Part shown: positions 14,627 through 25,404 of the stretch, piece after piece | Layout: the number at the start of each line of letters is the position of its first letter | How positions within the stretch are numbered: the first letter of the stretch is position 1 | NCBI GenBank assembly: GCA_000320545.1 | Contig: ADNK01000414.1 | Span: 1-64,000 of the forward strand | From: Bigelowiella natans CCMP2755 | Taxonomy: Eukaryota > Protista > Cercozoa | Reading direction: 5' to 3' | DNA: 64,000 bases | Notes under the pieces: model-generated | What the model saw: only the letters and a program-made list of their open reading frames with translations | Databases searched by the model: none | Told to the model about the DNA's origin: nothing | Program-made: the position numbers and the translations under genes

Positions 14627-15346
14627 GTGTGCGTGCGTGTGTGTGTGCGCGCGCGCGCGCGATGATGCCGGATATCGTGACATCGATGCCAAGACTTTCA
14701 TTAGACGAACAACAGACGAAGGAAGACTGTTGTGATATATTTGGGTTTTTTGGAAACAACAGGTGGCGAATACGATAGTAAATCTTAAGGACAAGAAGCT
14801 ATTCCGATACGACGTGGACTACAAAACCTTTTTAGAAGAGCACCCTGAGCTGAGAGAACAGGTGGGGAGTGCAGTAATAGTAGTAGTAGCAGTAGAGGTC
14901 CTGGGTGAGGTACAAAGAACCCTCGTCTTCTTTATTTCTCAAGATAAAACCCGCATCATCTATGTTGCTTGTTGCTGCTGTGTATCAGGTGGAAGCTCGC
15001 TACGTTGCTGGAGTTGGGCCGATCAAAGGTGGTGATGAGCGTCCGAGATGGCATGAGATATACATTACATGCAATGTTGCGTTTAAACTGAGGGGGGTTG
15101 CACGTACTGAAATCCGAAGAGGAAGCCGAGTCAACGAAATCAAACAAATTTATAGAGGAAGAAACCACCATTCATTTTTCTATTTTGTCCGTGACGAGTT
15201 GTTAATTGTCTGATCACATTTCAGGTGTTGCAGACAAACTAGCTCAAATAAAGGAAAAACAAGGCAAGAAGAAATTTGTTTCAAAAGGCCCAAGCGGCAA
15301 GAAATCGAAGGGAATAAAGAATGCGAAACGCTATGGAGAATTATAG
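10394..15346 (+). CDS. ABC-F family ATPase (two ABC domains, no transmembrane domain), probably plastid-targeted, ~17 exons
   Basis: Walker A motifs GANGGGKT (~11165) and GPNG|MGKST. Signatures [13 protein letters not shown] and [23 protein letters not shown] and [11 protein letters not shown] motifs, and SHDR twice. C-terminus [11 protein letters not shown] with TAG at 15344-15346. The N-terminus has a hydrophobic segment ([21 protein letters not shown]) followed by a T/R-rich transit-like peptide. Confidence 0.92.
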
Positions 15347-15419
15347 AACTATACTAGTCCGTTTACTCGTTGAACAGTTGTCTAATTGTAGTAAGAAAAG
15401 AAACTCAAATTGTATATTG

Positions 15420-16340
15420 TATTGTGGTAGAAATGTGTTGCATGCACGTGTATCATTTATGGGCCTAACAGAATCAATTTACTCGTAATCAAAATGTCAT
15501 ACATAATTAAATGTTAATGCAATCCAATGAGTAATACACGCGACACAGCATATATGTTAAAATAGATAAAAGCATAGTAAACCTCCACACACATATATAC
15601 ACGCTAGCACGCGGGTTAACTAGCCAAGGTACACGACGCTCTGCGCTGTTATATGGCGCATACATCTTAGCTTATAAGCTAGCTAGACATGAAAGCTGCA
15701 CAAAAAGAAAAGGTACGCTGTCAGTGGGGTATCAGTTGAATTTGGTGATGACTTTGATATAGAATCAAATGCCTGGCAAACCTAAATGTGTGCAAAGACA
15801 ATGTGATATGCAAGTAGGCCTACAATCACGCCATTGTTAGTGCTAGCGTTGCGACATTAGATGTACTAGTGTTGTAGTCTGCATGCTAGCATGGCACATG
15901 ATGTAGCGCACATATATATGTCTACATCTAGGTGTGTACATCATGTGCACACCTAGTTCACATCGATGTCTAGACGACATCTGGTAGCATCCACAGACAC
16001 AGGAGGCTTAAAGTAAGACTAAAGCGTGTGATGAATATAACTGTTTATCTTTTAACGCCTTTGCTATCACTAGAATACGCCAACTAAGCTGATCAATGAG
16101 TAGATCGCCACCAATGTGTGCTTTGTACACAATAGCAGCCATGTGTACGCTGCATGCGCACATGTATGCGACACATAAGAACAAATGAGCAAAGAGTTAG
16201 CTCGGACGCAGCATCGTGCTCATCGAGCTAGTGTAGTCGAGCATTGTCAAACAATGAAATAATAAGCATGAGAACTGAATGGGGTAAAATAAAATAATTA
16301 ACGAGGCTAGAAGTCTTTATAATGTCTAGACGAATGACGA
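15420..16340. repeat. Palindrome-rich block A at a convergent gene junction
   Basis: Dense CTAG/CATG/TGCA/GTAC/AGCT. CATGCTAGCATG at 15882-15893, TCTAGA at 15969 and 16325, and a 14-bp-arm inverted repeat at 15928-15956. Confidence 0.75.
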
Positions 16341-16598
16341 TGTTGCACTTATGAGGTACCCTCAGGGTCCATCAAGCAACCGAGTGACTTTTGAAGCCTG
16401 ATAATAGAACCAACTTAATGAAGGCAGCAGAAACTGCTCTGCAATATAAACACTGTCCGTCTTGTGACTTTGCTGCTTGACAGGGCTATTTAAGCTGAAC
16501 GTTGAGTGTGTTTTTAATTTTTCATTGTGGAGGCACACATACTGTTGTTGGTTTGCGGCTACGACTCGAAAAGCCGCAATTAAAGTTTCATGGAACCG

Positions 16599-17921
16599 CT
16601 ACTTACTATTATGGCCGCCAGTGATCGTTTGCCACGGATCAAATGAGTCGTCATCCCTTTCTTGTTGCTGCTTGTGACTTTTTTTTTCTAACTGCTTGAT
16701 GTCCTTATCGGACTCTCTCTTCGTTTTCTCAGAAGCTCTCTCTATTTGATCGGTCTCAGCATCTTTCTCGTTTTGGAATCTTTCTCGTTTCTTCTCCTTC
16801 TTATGATCTATTTCTTTCTGGACCTTTTTAGCTTCGCGTGCAGCAGCAGCTTCAGCCTCCTTTATGACCTTTTGGCGCTCAGCCTTTGCGGCGATGCGCC
16901 TCTGTGTTTCTTCTGCCTGTTTCCTTGCTTGGTCTGCAACTCTATCCGCAAATTCACGCAGTCTTTCAGCCACCTTAGTCTCCCGCACGGCTTTCTTTGT
17001 AGCCTCGTCAGCAACAGCGTCCGCTGCATTCTTTGCAATCTGTGCGGCTTCGTCTGGGGTTAACTTTGCATTAGGTTGCTTGGAAGCGTCGCCGGTGATA
17101 GGGGGGGGGATTTCGTCATCCAGTGGTACTGGCGCTACAGCTGGGGCAGGTGGAGGAGGAGCAGGATCCTACAACAACAAAACCAATAATCAACATAATT
17201 CAAAAATTTCGAACACACACATTATCCACATTCAACACATCCAGATATACAACAAGAAACACAAAGAACTTCGCTCCGCCCGCATTATTCGCAAGAATAT
17301 AATTCACCGATGGTGGAGGTGGAGGTGGAGGGGGGGGAAGAGGTGCAGGATCGCTTGTGGGGGCAGGAGGCAATGGCTGTGTGAGGCAAACAAGAAAAGA
17401 TATCCATCAGTATCCGAAAAGTAGGAAAAACAAACAAGACTGATTTGACCGGAAGTGGATCATCGTCTTCAGAGTCTTCGACATCAAAGTTCGGATGAAA
17501 GTGGGGGATGCCATTCATCGTTGTTTTTTGTAGTATAGGACTGTTATAGGTGTCATTTGAATTTCCAAAGCAGCTCAGATAGAGGACGCACGATACAGCT
17601 ATTGCTACGAATAATCCTAGCTGCAGGAAACTGCTCTGCGACCGGGTCATAAAACTGCATTGATTTTTCCTAAACCTTTACAAGAAAGCAATATTAGCTA
17701 CTTGATTGCAGATATAAAAAAAAATGCAGTACGAAGCTTCTGAGGCTTTGCAGTTGTGTGGGTCGATAGAACCATATGCAGTTCCGACCACATCAATCCT
17801 TGCTCCTGTTGCCTACATAAAGCCATATGAAGAAGACGAACACGTAGCGAAACTGCAACATTACTTCTACCTTAGTGTCGATGGTCTTTTTCAACTTCCG
17901 CTTTTCGTCGACCCAGACCAT
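16599..17921 (-). CDS. Uncharacterised type II membrane protein: short tail with YGSI, one transmembrane helix, Pro-rich stalk, Ala/Lys/Glu coiled coil
   Basis: Five exons splice in frame with GT-AG: MVWVDEKRKLKKTIDTK|ATGARIDVVGTAYGSIDPHNCKASEAS|FMTRSQSSFLQLGLFVAIAVSCVLYLSCF...DDDPLP|PLPPAPTSDPAPLPPPPPPPPPS|DPAPPPPAPAV...RETKVAERLREFADRV...GGHNSK*. A gtaagt donor just before the stop could add a short terminal exon near 16400-16490. Confidence 0.65.
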
Positions 17922-18794
17922 CGTCTCCGGTCGGGGTTCGTGCTAGGGGGGTGTCCGATGGGTAGGCACTCCACGTCAATTTTTTTCTCTCTTGATTTCC
18001 TCTGTGCGACAATATGGAAAGCAGTTTTCTACGATAAAAGCGATACGTTTTCTCCAAAACGAGAAAGGCTGTACCAGTACGATTTCTCATGGAATCGGGG
18101 GAGCATTTTTAAGCGAGAAGCGGATCGGAACACCCAAAAGGGCCCTTTTTTTTGTTGGAGATTTGAGGCACGGATATCCCCGGGGACCTACAGCTAGTCA
18201 ATCCTGTCAAATCTGTAGAGCTTTCTGGTTAAAGTGCCAGCGAACAAGCTTTTGTCCGATGTTTTCGGTCGAAAAATGCAATAGAAACTTCATGAGTTCG
18301 CATGATTGGTCCAAAAGACACACGAATCAGGATTTATTAAGAAATTCTTCTCTTCTCGTTGTTGAAATGAAATCCATCCATCTGGGATGTTCTCATGCTT
18401 TTTTATTAGTTCCAGCTCCTCCTCGCCAGAAAAACACATCGAGATCGATTTTTACACAATAAATTGTCGGTTAAGAAAAAAAAGACCCGTTTCAATCCCA
18501 AACTGTTATTTTTTTTCTGAGATCCGATGACGCAATACATAAATTGTTGGCATTTTAATTTTTATGAGTCCGCAACCCGTAGACGTCGACGTTTGGGCCG
18601 CGTTACGCCAAAAACCCGCTCGTCTCCTTCATTTCCATTGTCGTACCCATTGATCACGTATACTTGCGTTCTTGTCCACCCGGTCCGTAACCCCCCCCCA
18701 TTTAGTCCATTTGGTTTCTGGGCAATTGTGAGATTTTAATGCGGTGGGAGGGGTAAAAATAGGACTCAATTCGCTTACTACATTTCCTCTACAG
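17922..18794. promoter_or_regulatory. Head-to-head (probable bidirectional promoter) region
   Basis: Lies between divergent starts and has A/T tracts and a CCAAT on the minus strand near 18305. A possible 5'UTR intron ends at ctacag|ATG (18794). Confidence 0.45.
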
Positions 18795-21066
18795 ATGAAT
18801 CGTTCCCGTGTTCAAGGAAGGGCCCTGATGGGTATCTTCGCTGCGTGTGCATGCGCAATCGCGTTTGTGATGGTAGGTGCCTTTGTTTTATATTCAAACC
18901 TGCTGGAAATAAATTCATCCCATCCATAGTGTATAAGCTCAATGCGCCAGCCACATCTTCAGTCGGGTTTCCCAGGTAGCGCCTCCTATTTTCCATTTAT
19001 TCAAACAGTTGGGTAAAAACATTCTCACCAGGCACGAAGTCTTTCTCAATGGCTGGGACTCGCCCGGCAGCGCTCAGGTAATTTTGCCTCGTGATTTGGA
19101 AAATTACTGCAAAATGGTAACAATAAGTATGTGTTACCCTTAGGATGAATTCGATCTCGAAGCCACTGCTTTCACGTGCTGGGTTGAACATAACATTACC
19201 ACACGTCATCGCAATCGGACAGCGAATTCACTATTTTTTCCTCATGTGTATGATTTAGACACATGTCCTTCCTCAAAGAGAAAAGTGGAACGTGCCCCGA
19301 ACAAGCTCAGAAGAGGCGAAGTCTCTTCGTAAACGCGGCAACTGCAGCTGCAAGTGCGAACCTATATATTCCATCACATACTGCTGTAATATCCTAACAT
19401 GGTGCAAATACTCTCTCGTTTAGGTGGTGATTATGACTACGACGTTCTCATTATTGGGTAGTCTCACTTTTTTGTTTCTATTAGATGGATGTGTCCCATG
19501 TCAAAACCCGAGATTTGTCGATGTGTTGTATGAAATGTCTGAACGCGACCCGTCTCGATGATAATTCATGTGTAGTTAAATTCAATCACTTTTGTTCGGT
19601 AATTGCTAAGATGTGGAGTCGGTGGCCATGGAGCAGCTCTGCATGCTGTCCAACAGGGTCTCAAAGTAGGTGTGGTTGGGGGCCATGACGTCGGCGGAAC
19701 GTGCGTCAACCGTGGTTGCGTTCCATCGAAAGCTTTACTTGCAGCAGCTGGAGAGCTCCATAAATTGAAGTCTCAAGACCACATGAGCGCTCTCGGCATC
19801 CAAACAGGCGAGCTGTCATTTGACCGTCAGAAAATAGCCGACCATGCCAACAACCTAGCTTCCGCGATTAAAGCAAACCTTCGGAGATCTCTCGAAGCAA
19901 TCGGTGTTGACATCATCCACGGCAAGGGAACCCTTAAGGATGAGCATACTGTGGAAGTTGGTCTTCCTGGGCGTGTAGACATCGAAGGTACCGTCACGGC
20001 TAAGGATATCATCATCGCAACTGGTTCGGTTCCCGCAGTCCCACCTGGCATCAACATCGACGAAGACCGTGTGTTCACCTCTGATAAAGCGCTGAAGCTG
20101 GAGTCACTCCCTGAGTGGATTGCTATCATTGGCTCGGGATACATCGGACTGGAATTTGCAGATGTTTACACCGCATTGGGTGTGCAGGTGACCCTGATTG
20201 AGGCAATGCCGACGCTTATGCCAGGCTTTGACTCTGAGATCCGCCGTCTAGCCCAGCGCGTGCTTGTTGATGGCCGCAAGAGTGTAGACTATCACACAAA
20301 TGTATTCGCTACCAGAGTAACTCCTACCACCTTTGGTGGCGTGGAGATCGAGTTGACAGATGCCAGTACAAGGGAGGTGAAGGACGTGATTGAGGTGGAT
20401 GCTGTTATGGTCGCTACAGGCCGTCGGCCATACACGGAAGGCCTTGGGCTCGAGGACATGGGTGTTGAAAAGCTCAGGGGCGGTTTTATCCCTGTGAACG
20501 ACAAGATGCAGGTCCTCGATTCGAATGGAGAGGCTTTCGAAAATATCTATGCTATTGGTGACGCAAACGGAAAGTACATGCTCGCGCATGCCGCCTCGGC
20601 TCAGGGTATCAGCGCTATCGAGAACATCGTCGGGAGGGAAAACACAGTGAACCACAGGCACGTACCTGCCGCGTGCTTCACGCACCCAGAGATAAGTTTT
20701 GTTGGAGTTGATGAGGATACAGCGCGTAAGGAAGCAGAAGAGGGAGGATATGCCGATAAGATTGGTGTCGCGAAGGTCTCCTTTAAGGGCAACTCCAAGG
20801 CCCTCGCCATGAAGGAACCCGATGGAATGGCTAAGATGATATACAGGAAGGACAGTGGTGAGATCCTCGGCGTCCACATCATGGGTCTTCACTCCGCCGA
20901 TCTTATCCACGAGGCATCAAACGCTATGGCGGCTGGGCAAACTCTCTACGAGCTGCGAATGATGGTGCACGCGCATCCAACGGTTGCAGAGGTGCTGGAT
21001 GAGCTCTTCAAGCATGCACAACTGGAGCATGCAGTGAACCCAGAACCGGCCTTAGCCATGGCTTGA
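18795..21066 (+). CDS. lpdA: Plastid dihydrolipoamide dehydrogenase (pyruvate dehydrogenase E3) with a bipartite leader
   Basis: FAD-binding YDYDVLIIG|CGVGG, redox-active [16 protein letters not shown]-binding [10 protein letters not shown] and catalytic HAHPTVAE. The leader [27 protein letters not shown]... plus an S/R/K-rich segment spans six small exons. The final exon is 19611-21066. Confidence 0.96.
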
Positions 21067-21369
21067 CTGCCTGGAATAGCAGATATTAGTAGTGACGACC
21101 CTAAAACAACATCATCATCGCAGCAACCAACGAAGAAAATAATACAGGAAGCAGCCGGTCGGAGCGAAGTGAACGAATTTGTACAAAGTAGTAGTAATAG
21201 TAGTAGCAGTAGTAGCACTAGCGGAGGTAGTGATTCCTCGCCCAGCAGCCTAGAAGTAGGCCTGGCAAACGGGAGGGGGAGGACAAAGGGAAAGGATGAT
21301 CAGCCGACTCCATGGCTTCTTCAAACTCTTAAAAAAATACTGAATAAACTACGACAAAATGTCAGATAA
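21067..21369 (+). other. Candidate stop-codon readthrough (or alternatively spliced) C-terminal extension of E3, 100 aa
   Basis: TGA-CTG context. The frame stays open to TAA at 21367-21369 and encodes LPGIADISSDDPKTTSSSQQ...SSSSSTSGGSDSS...PTPWLLQTLKKILNKLRQNVR*. Confidence 0.5.
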
Positions 21370-21659
21370 AAGCTTCCTCATCAAATCTACCATCATCGTC
21401 ATCATCACCACCATCGACTCCTAATATCTCTATGCCAATTATTTTCTCTGGACTCCAGATCTCAACAACCACAGTTCATCACCATTCATTCGATCGAATC
21501 CCCCTTGTTAACTCATCCCCCCCTTTCATCTTTTTCATCATCACAACCACGGCCATCTCAGTAGATTGTCGTTATCTTCCTGAAGTGGATGTGTCTGTGA
21601 AACGAATGAGTGGGCCTATCATCATCCCTGCTGCAGCCTCCTGGGTTATTCTATAACTT

Positions 21660-21807
21660 GGTCTTGCATGGAGTTTTCGGATCAATCATTGCAACCGTGA
21701 CGCTACATGCAAAATAATTTGAAAATGCTGCATACATAACGTGCGTAAATAGAAAGGTGGTTGTTTACTTGATATTTACGTATATATTGCATAGCTACGT
21801 AACTGTA

Positions 21808-21844
<37 letters not shown>

Positions 21845-22900
21845 GTTGAAATAATATCTCAATTTTACGCGAGGTGACGCTATGCGTTTTCGTTCGAGCT
21901 AGGTGTGCACCCCACACACATAGCATTGGACATCTAGAAATGCCAGTCGTAGCATCCACGCATAGAGGCTACTTGCTGCATGCTAGCATGTTTTGCAAAT
22001 GAAATTTGGAGGCCTAGCTAGCTAGGCATTTCATGCAAGCATACTCTAGCTAGCTACATGTCGACTAGTAGACACTACGATGCATGCATCAAATCGATCT
22101 AGGCATCGTCTGTCGGCTCTAGCTAGCATCTAGGCTAGCTAGGGCTGCCTTTGTTATACGATATGCGATGTACGCGCAGGACTCATAGACTGCTACGACT
22201 AGCCAGAGGATGCTTATCTATCTCTCTAGCTCTATACACAGAGAGCGCTAGAGCGCTATATCTAGCTATATAGGCAGATGCACGGACAACCATGCTAGCA
22301 TGCATGCAACAATTATGTTGCATGCATATGTTGCATGCATAGTTGCAGATGTACTAGTCTAATAGTGCTGTGTAGCTAAGCTAGCTAAGCTGCATAGTAG
22401 TTTAAACTTTCATCACATTCGTCACATCTCATAGTGGTTTAAGGCAGCTAGCTAGCTAGGCAGCATGCATTCATATGCTAGCATGTCTAGATGTGTGTGT
22501 GACATGTAATGTTCTCGTTTTTCATGAAACTTCTTTTTTGTAAAGCACACTGCCAGGTCACACTGCAAGAGCACACATGCTCTGATGCTGTTGCGACTGC
22601 TTCTCGGCATTATGCACACCCATGCTAGCATACAAGACCATTTAAACCATGATGCATCGCAAGATTTGATTCGCTTGAATAAAAATAATATGATTTTCCC
22701 TCTCAGTCAACACGAACATGCCAAACAACATCTACGTATTGCTGAGCAGATCTGGAGATGTGTAGATGTAGCAACATTATGTGCATGTAGCTTACGCATA
22801 TACCACATTTGGCAACATCTAGAGTCATATAAGGCTTCGGGCACCATGTAATATTTACATACCGTACATGTATATACATTGTGTTTGGCGCACGGTTGTA
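21660..22900. repeat. Palindrome-rich block B at a convergent gene junction
   Basis: CATGCTAGCATG at 21979 and 22291, with 11/12 matches at 22474 and 22621. (CTAG)3 at 22014 and 22448. TCTAGA at 21933, 22486 and 22818. Tandem TATGTTGCATGCA x2 near 22314. Confidence 0.8.
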
Positions 22901-22931
22901 GTGAAGCTAATTTTATTCTATCCAACAGCTA

Positions 22932-23299
22932 TCATTTATTTGGATTGTTGCCTTTTATTTGCTGTAGCAACCCACTTACGCTATTCTCGCCCAAGTCGCC
23001 AGTCCAAAAGTCCCTGCACACACACACACACACACACACGCACACACACATAGATAAACTTATGCAACCCTTTCTCAGTTATGACGTATGCTTTCGTGAA
23101 CAGATGTCCGAACCTTCTCGATATCTTGCACATCACTGCCACAGATCCAATGACGCTTAAAACCCCGGCAGCAGCACTCCCAACCCTGTTTCGTCAACCA
23201 CGGACAGCATAGAGCAAGCAAAACGACAAATGGAAGAGGCATGCAAATCAACACACGGCACTTAAGAGGAATGGGGGAAAAGGAAGGGTGGGAGGGAGG

Positions 23300-23338
<39 letters not shown>

Positions 23339-24020
23339 GGAGATTCGTTGTGGAATTAGCAAGATTTCAATATTGAAATACAAATATAGGAATCATTACC
23401 CTATCTGCTTCACCATTGGTAAGAATAGCGTCACAAATGCGTAAGCAAGAGGCCCAACAAAGATATAACTATAAGTCAAACATGGGCATTATTAGTCATG
23501 GAGCAGTAGCAGTAGGAGGAGGAGGAGGAGGAGGAACGGAGTTCATCATACCATGAAAGACACAATGGAAACAACAGAAAACACTGTGAGAAAAGACCTA
23601 TCGAGACGATCAAGCACGCCTCCATGGCCTGGGAAGCAGTTGCCGAAATCCTTCACGCCAGCATCTCTATATAGGAGAGAAAGAAGAAGAAGAAGAAGAA
23701 GAAGAAGAAGAAGATAGTAACAACAAAATTCGATGGGTGGTGGAGGTGCTATATATGTGAATAATCAGAATGCTAGAGCGCATGCTTGACCGTTGTGATG
23801 ATGGTGATAATGGTGATGATGGTGATGATCGCAGCAAGATTATGCACAACGAGCTTTTCTTTTGTGCGACAACTGAGACACCTCTTGATCATGGAGGCCA
23901 TCAAATCGCCCAAAAGGGAGATAACGGAGACCATAAGCCCATACCTGATGATGAAGCAAGAATAGCAACAAGAGCAGTGGCTTAGCTTGCAGTTGTTTCC
24001 ACAATATCACCAATACCAGG

Positions 24021-24058
<38 letters not shown>

Positions 24059-24062
24059 ACAC

Positions 24063-24096
<34 letters not shown>

Positions 24097-25363
24097 AATT
24101 CAATTACATTGTCCCTGAAAACCACCAGTGCGGCCAATCCATAACCTATAGGAGTTGTGGGAGAAAGGGAGAGGATGGAACTTATTGGTGCTTTCTTCTT
24201 CCAGATATAGCACCACCTTTCTCGTAAAACATCTCGTTCAAATGAGAAGTACCTTGGCACCAACAAGTGCAGTGATCATTGCCATGAGCGCTCCAGAAAG
24301 AAACCTGAGTGTTTGGATGGTAGCGATTATTCTATCCTGTTATATTGGTTGTAGGTATATTTGTCTCATAGGGAGAGCATTGTTATTTACGCCTGCACGC
24401 ATAGAATAGACATGACGAATGGATCGGAAGAGCAGAGAAACGCTCAGAGGGGGCAAGGTATGATGGCAAAAGGTAGCAGAAAATATCAGTTCAATTAAAT
24501 ATTATAAATGCAGTCAAATCCAGCTCATCCCCGAAAATCGTTTCTCGTTTCCATCTTTGCATCTAAGACATCACTATCGTCACCCTTCGACTGTCTTGTT
24601 CGGCGAAGCACCACCGGCAGCCGGAATTACTTCGGAGATTTTCCGCCTATTTTAAACGTTCATTGTTATTTTCCTCTTTCCAATCTTGTATTGTATGTGA
24701 ACACTACCGTACAAACACAAAACATATGTGTGTGTGTGTGTGTGTGTGTGTGTTGTTTATATGAAGCTATCCCAGTGACATTGCTAGGTGCATTGTGGTT
24801 TACTTTCCAAATTTCTTGCCTCCAAAGTATGCGCCTACGTCAGAGAGAGCACATCCCAGTGCAGTGAACCAGTAGCTACGATTGATATATCACACAACAC
24901 ATTTGCGAATATTTACGTGCATATCGGTCCAAAACGGTGATGATGAGGATAAGGATGAGGATGAGGATGAGGATGATTAGATTAGCACGAAAAATGACAA
25001 ATTCAAGATGCAACTTATTGCAATTCTCATCATTCTTTTTTTTTATGTGAGAAGTAGTACGTGATTGCGCCCTGAGTGATAACATCAGCTGCGACAGGGA
25101 GAGGGGACAGCCATCGAATGCCTTGGTCAAGATTCATGCCTATTGATGCATACATGCAATAACGACAAAGATGATAATGAAAGAATGAACAAGCACGAGA
25201 GCGATGTGATAATGATGATGATGGTGATGATGGTGATGATGATGATAATCATGATAATGGCGCAATAATGATAAAATCACGCGTTGTATTTACCTACATA
25301 AAAAGCGCTGAATGATCATAAGCAATTGTTTGTTTTTCAAGTTTTTCTTCCGCCCCCTCCTCT

Positions 25364-25404
<41 letters not shown>

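Noticed and set aside
17724-18197. 157-aa plus-strand ORF
   Set aside because: It has no recognisable motifs and overlaps, in antisense, the in-frame 5' exons of the minus-strand membrane protein.
19827-20910. Antisense ORFs within E3
   Set aside because: They are shadow frames of a codon-biased exon.
21064-21066. Selenocysteine or variant genetic code explanation for the E3 UGA
   Set aside because: The position is not catalytic, no SECIS element is evident by eye, and TGA also ends the giant gene at 44777.
21660-22900. CRISPR array, tandem satellite or MITE interpretation of the palindrome blocks
   Set aside because: There is no constant repeat-spacer period, no fixed monomer, and no clear terminal inverted repeats or target-site duplications.
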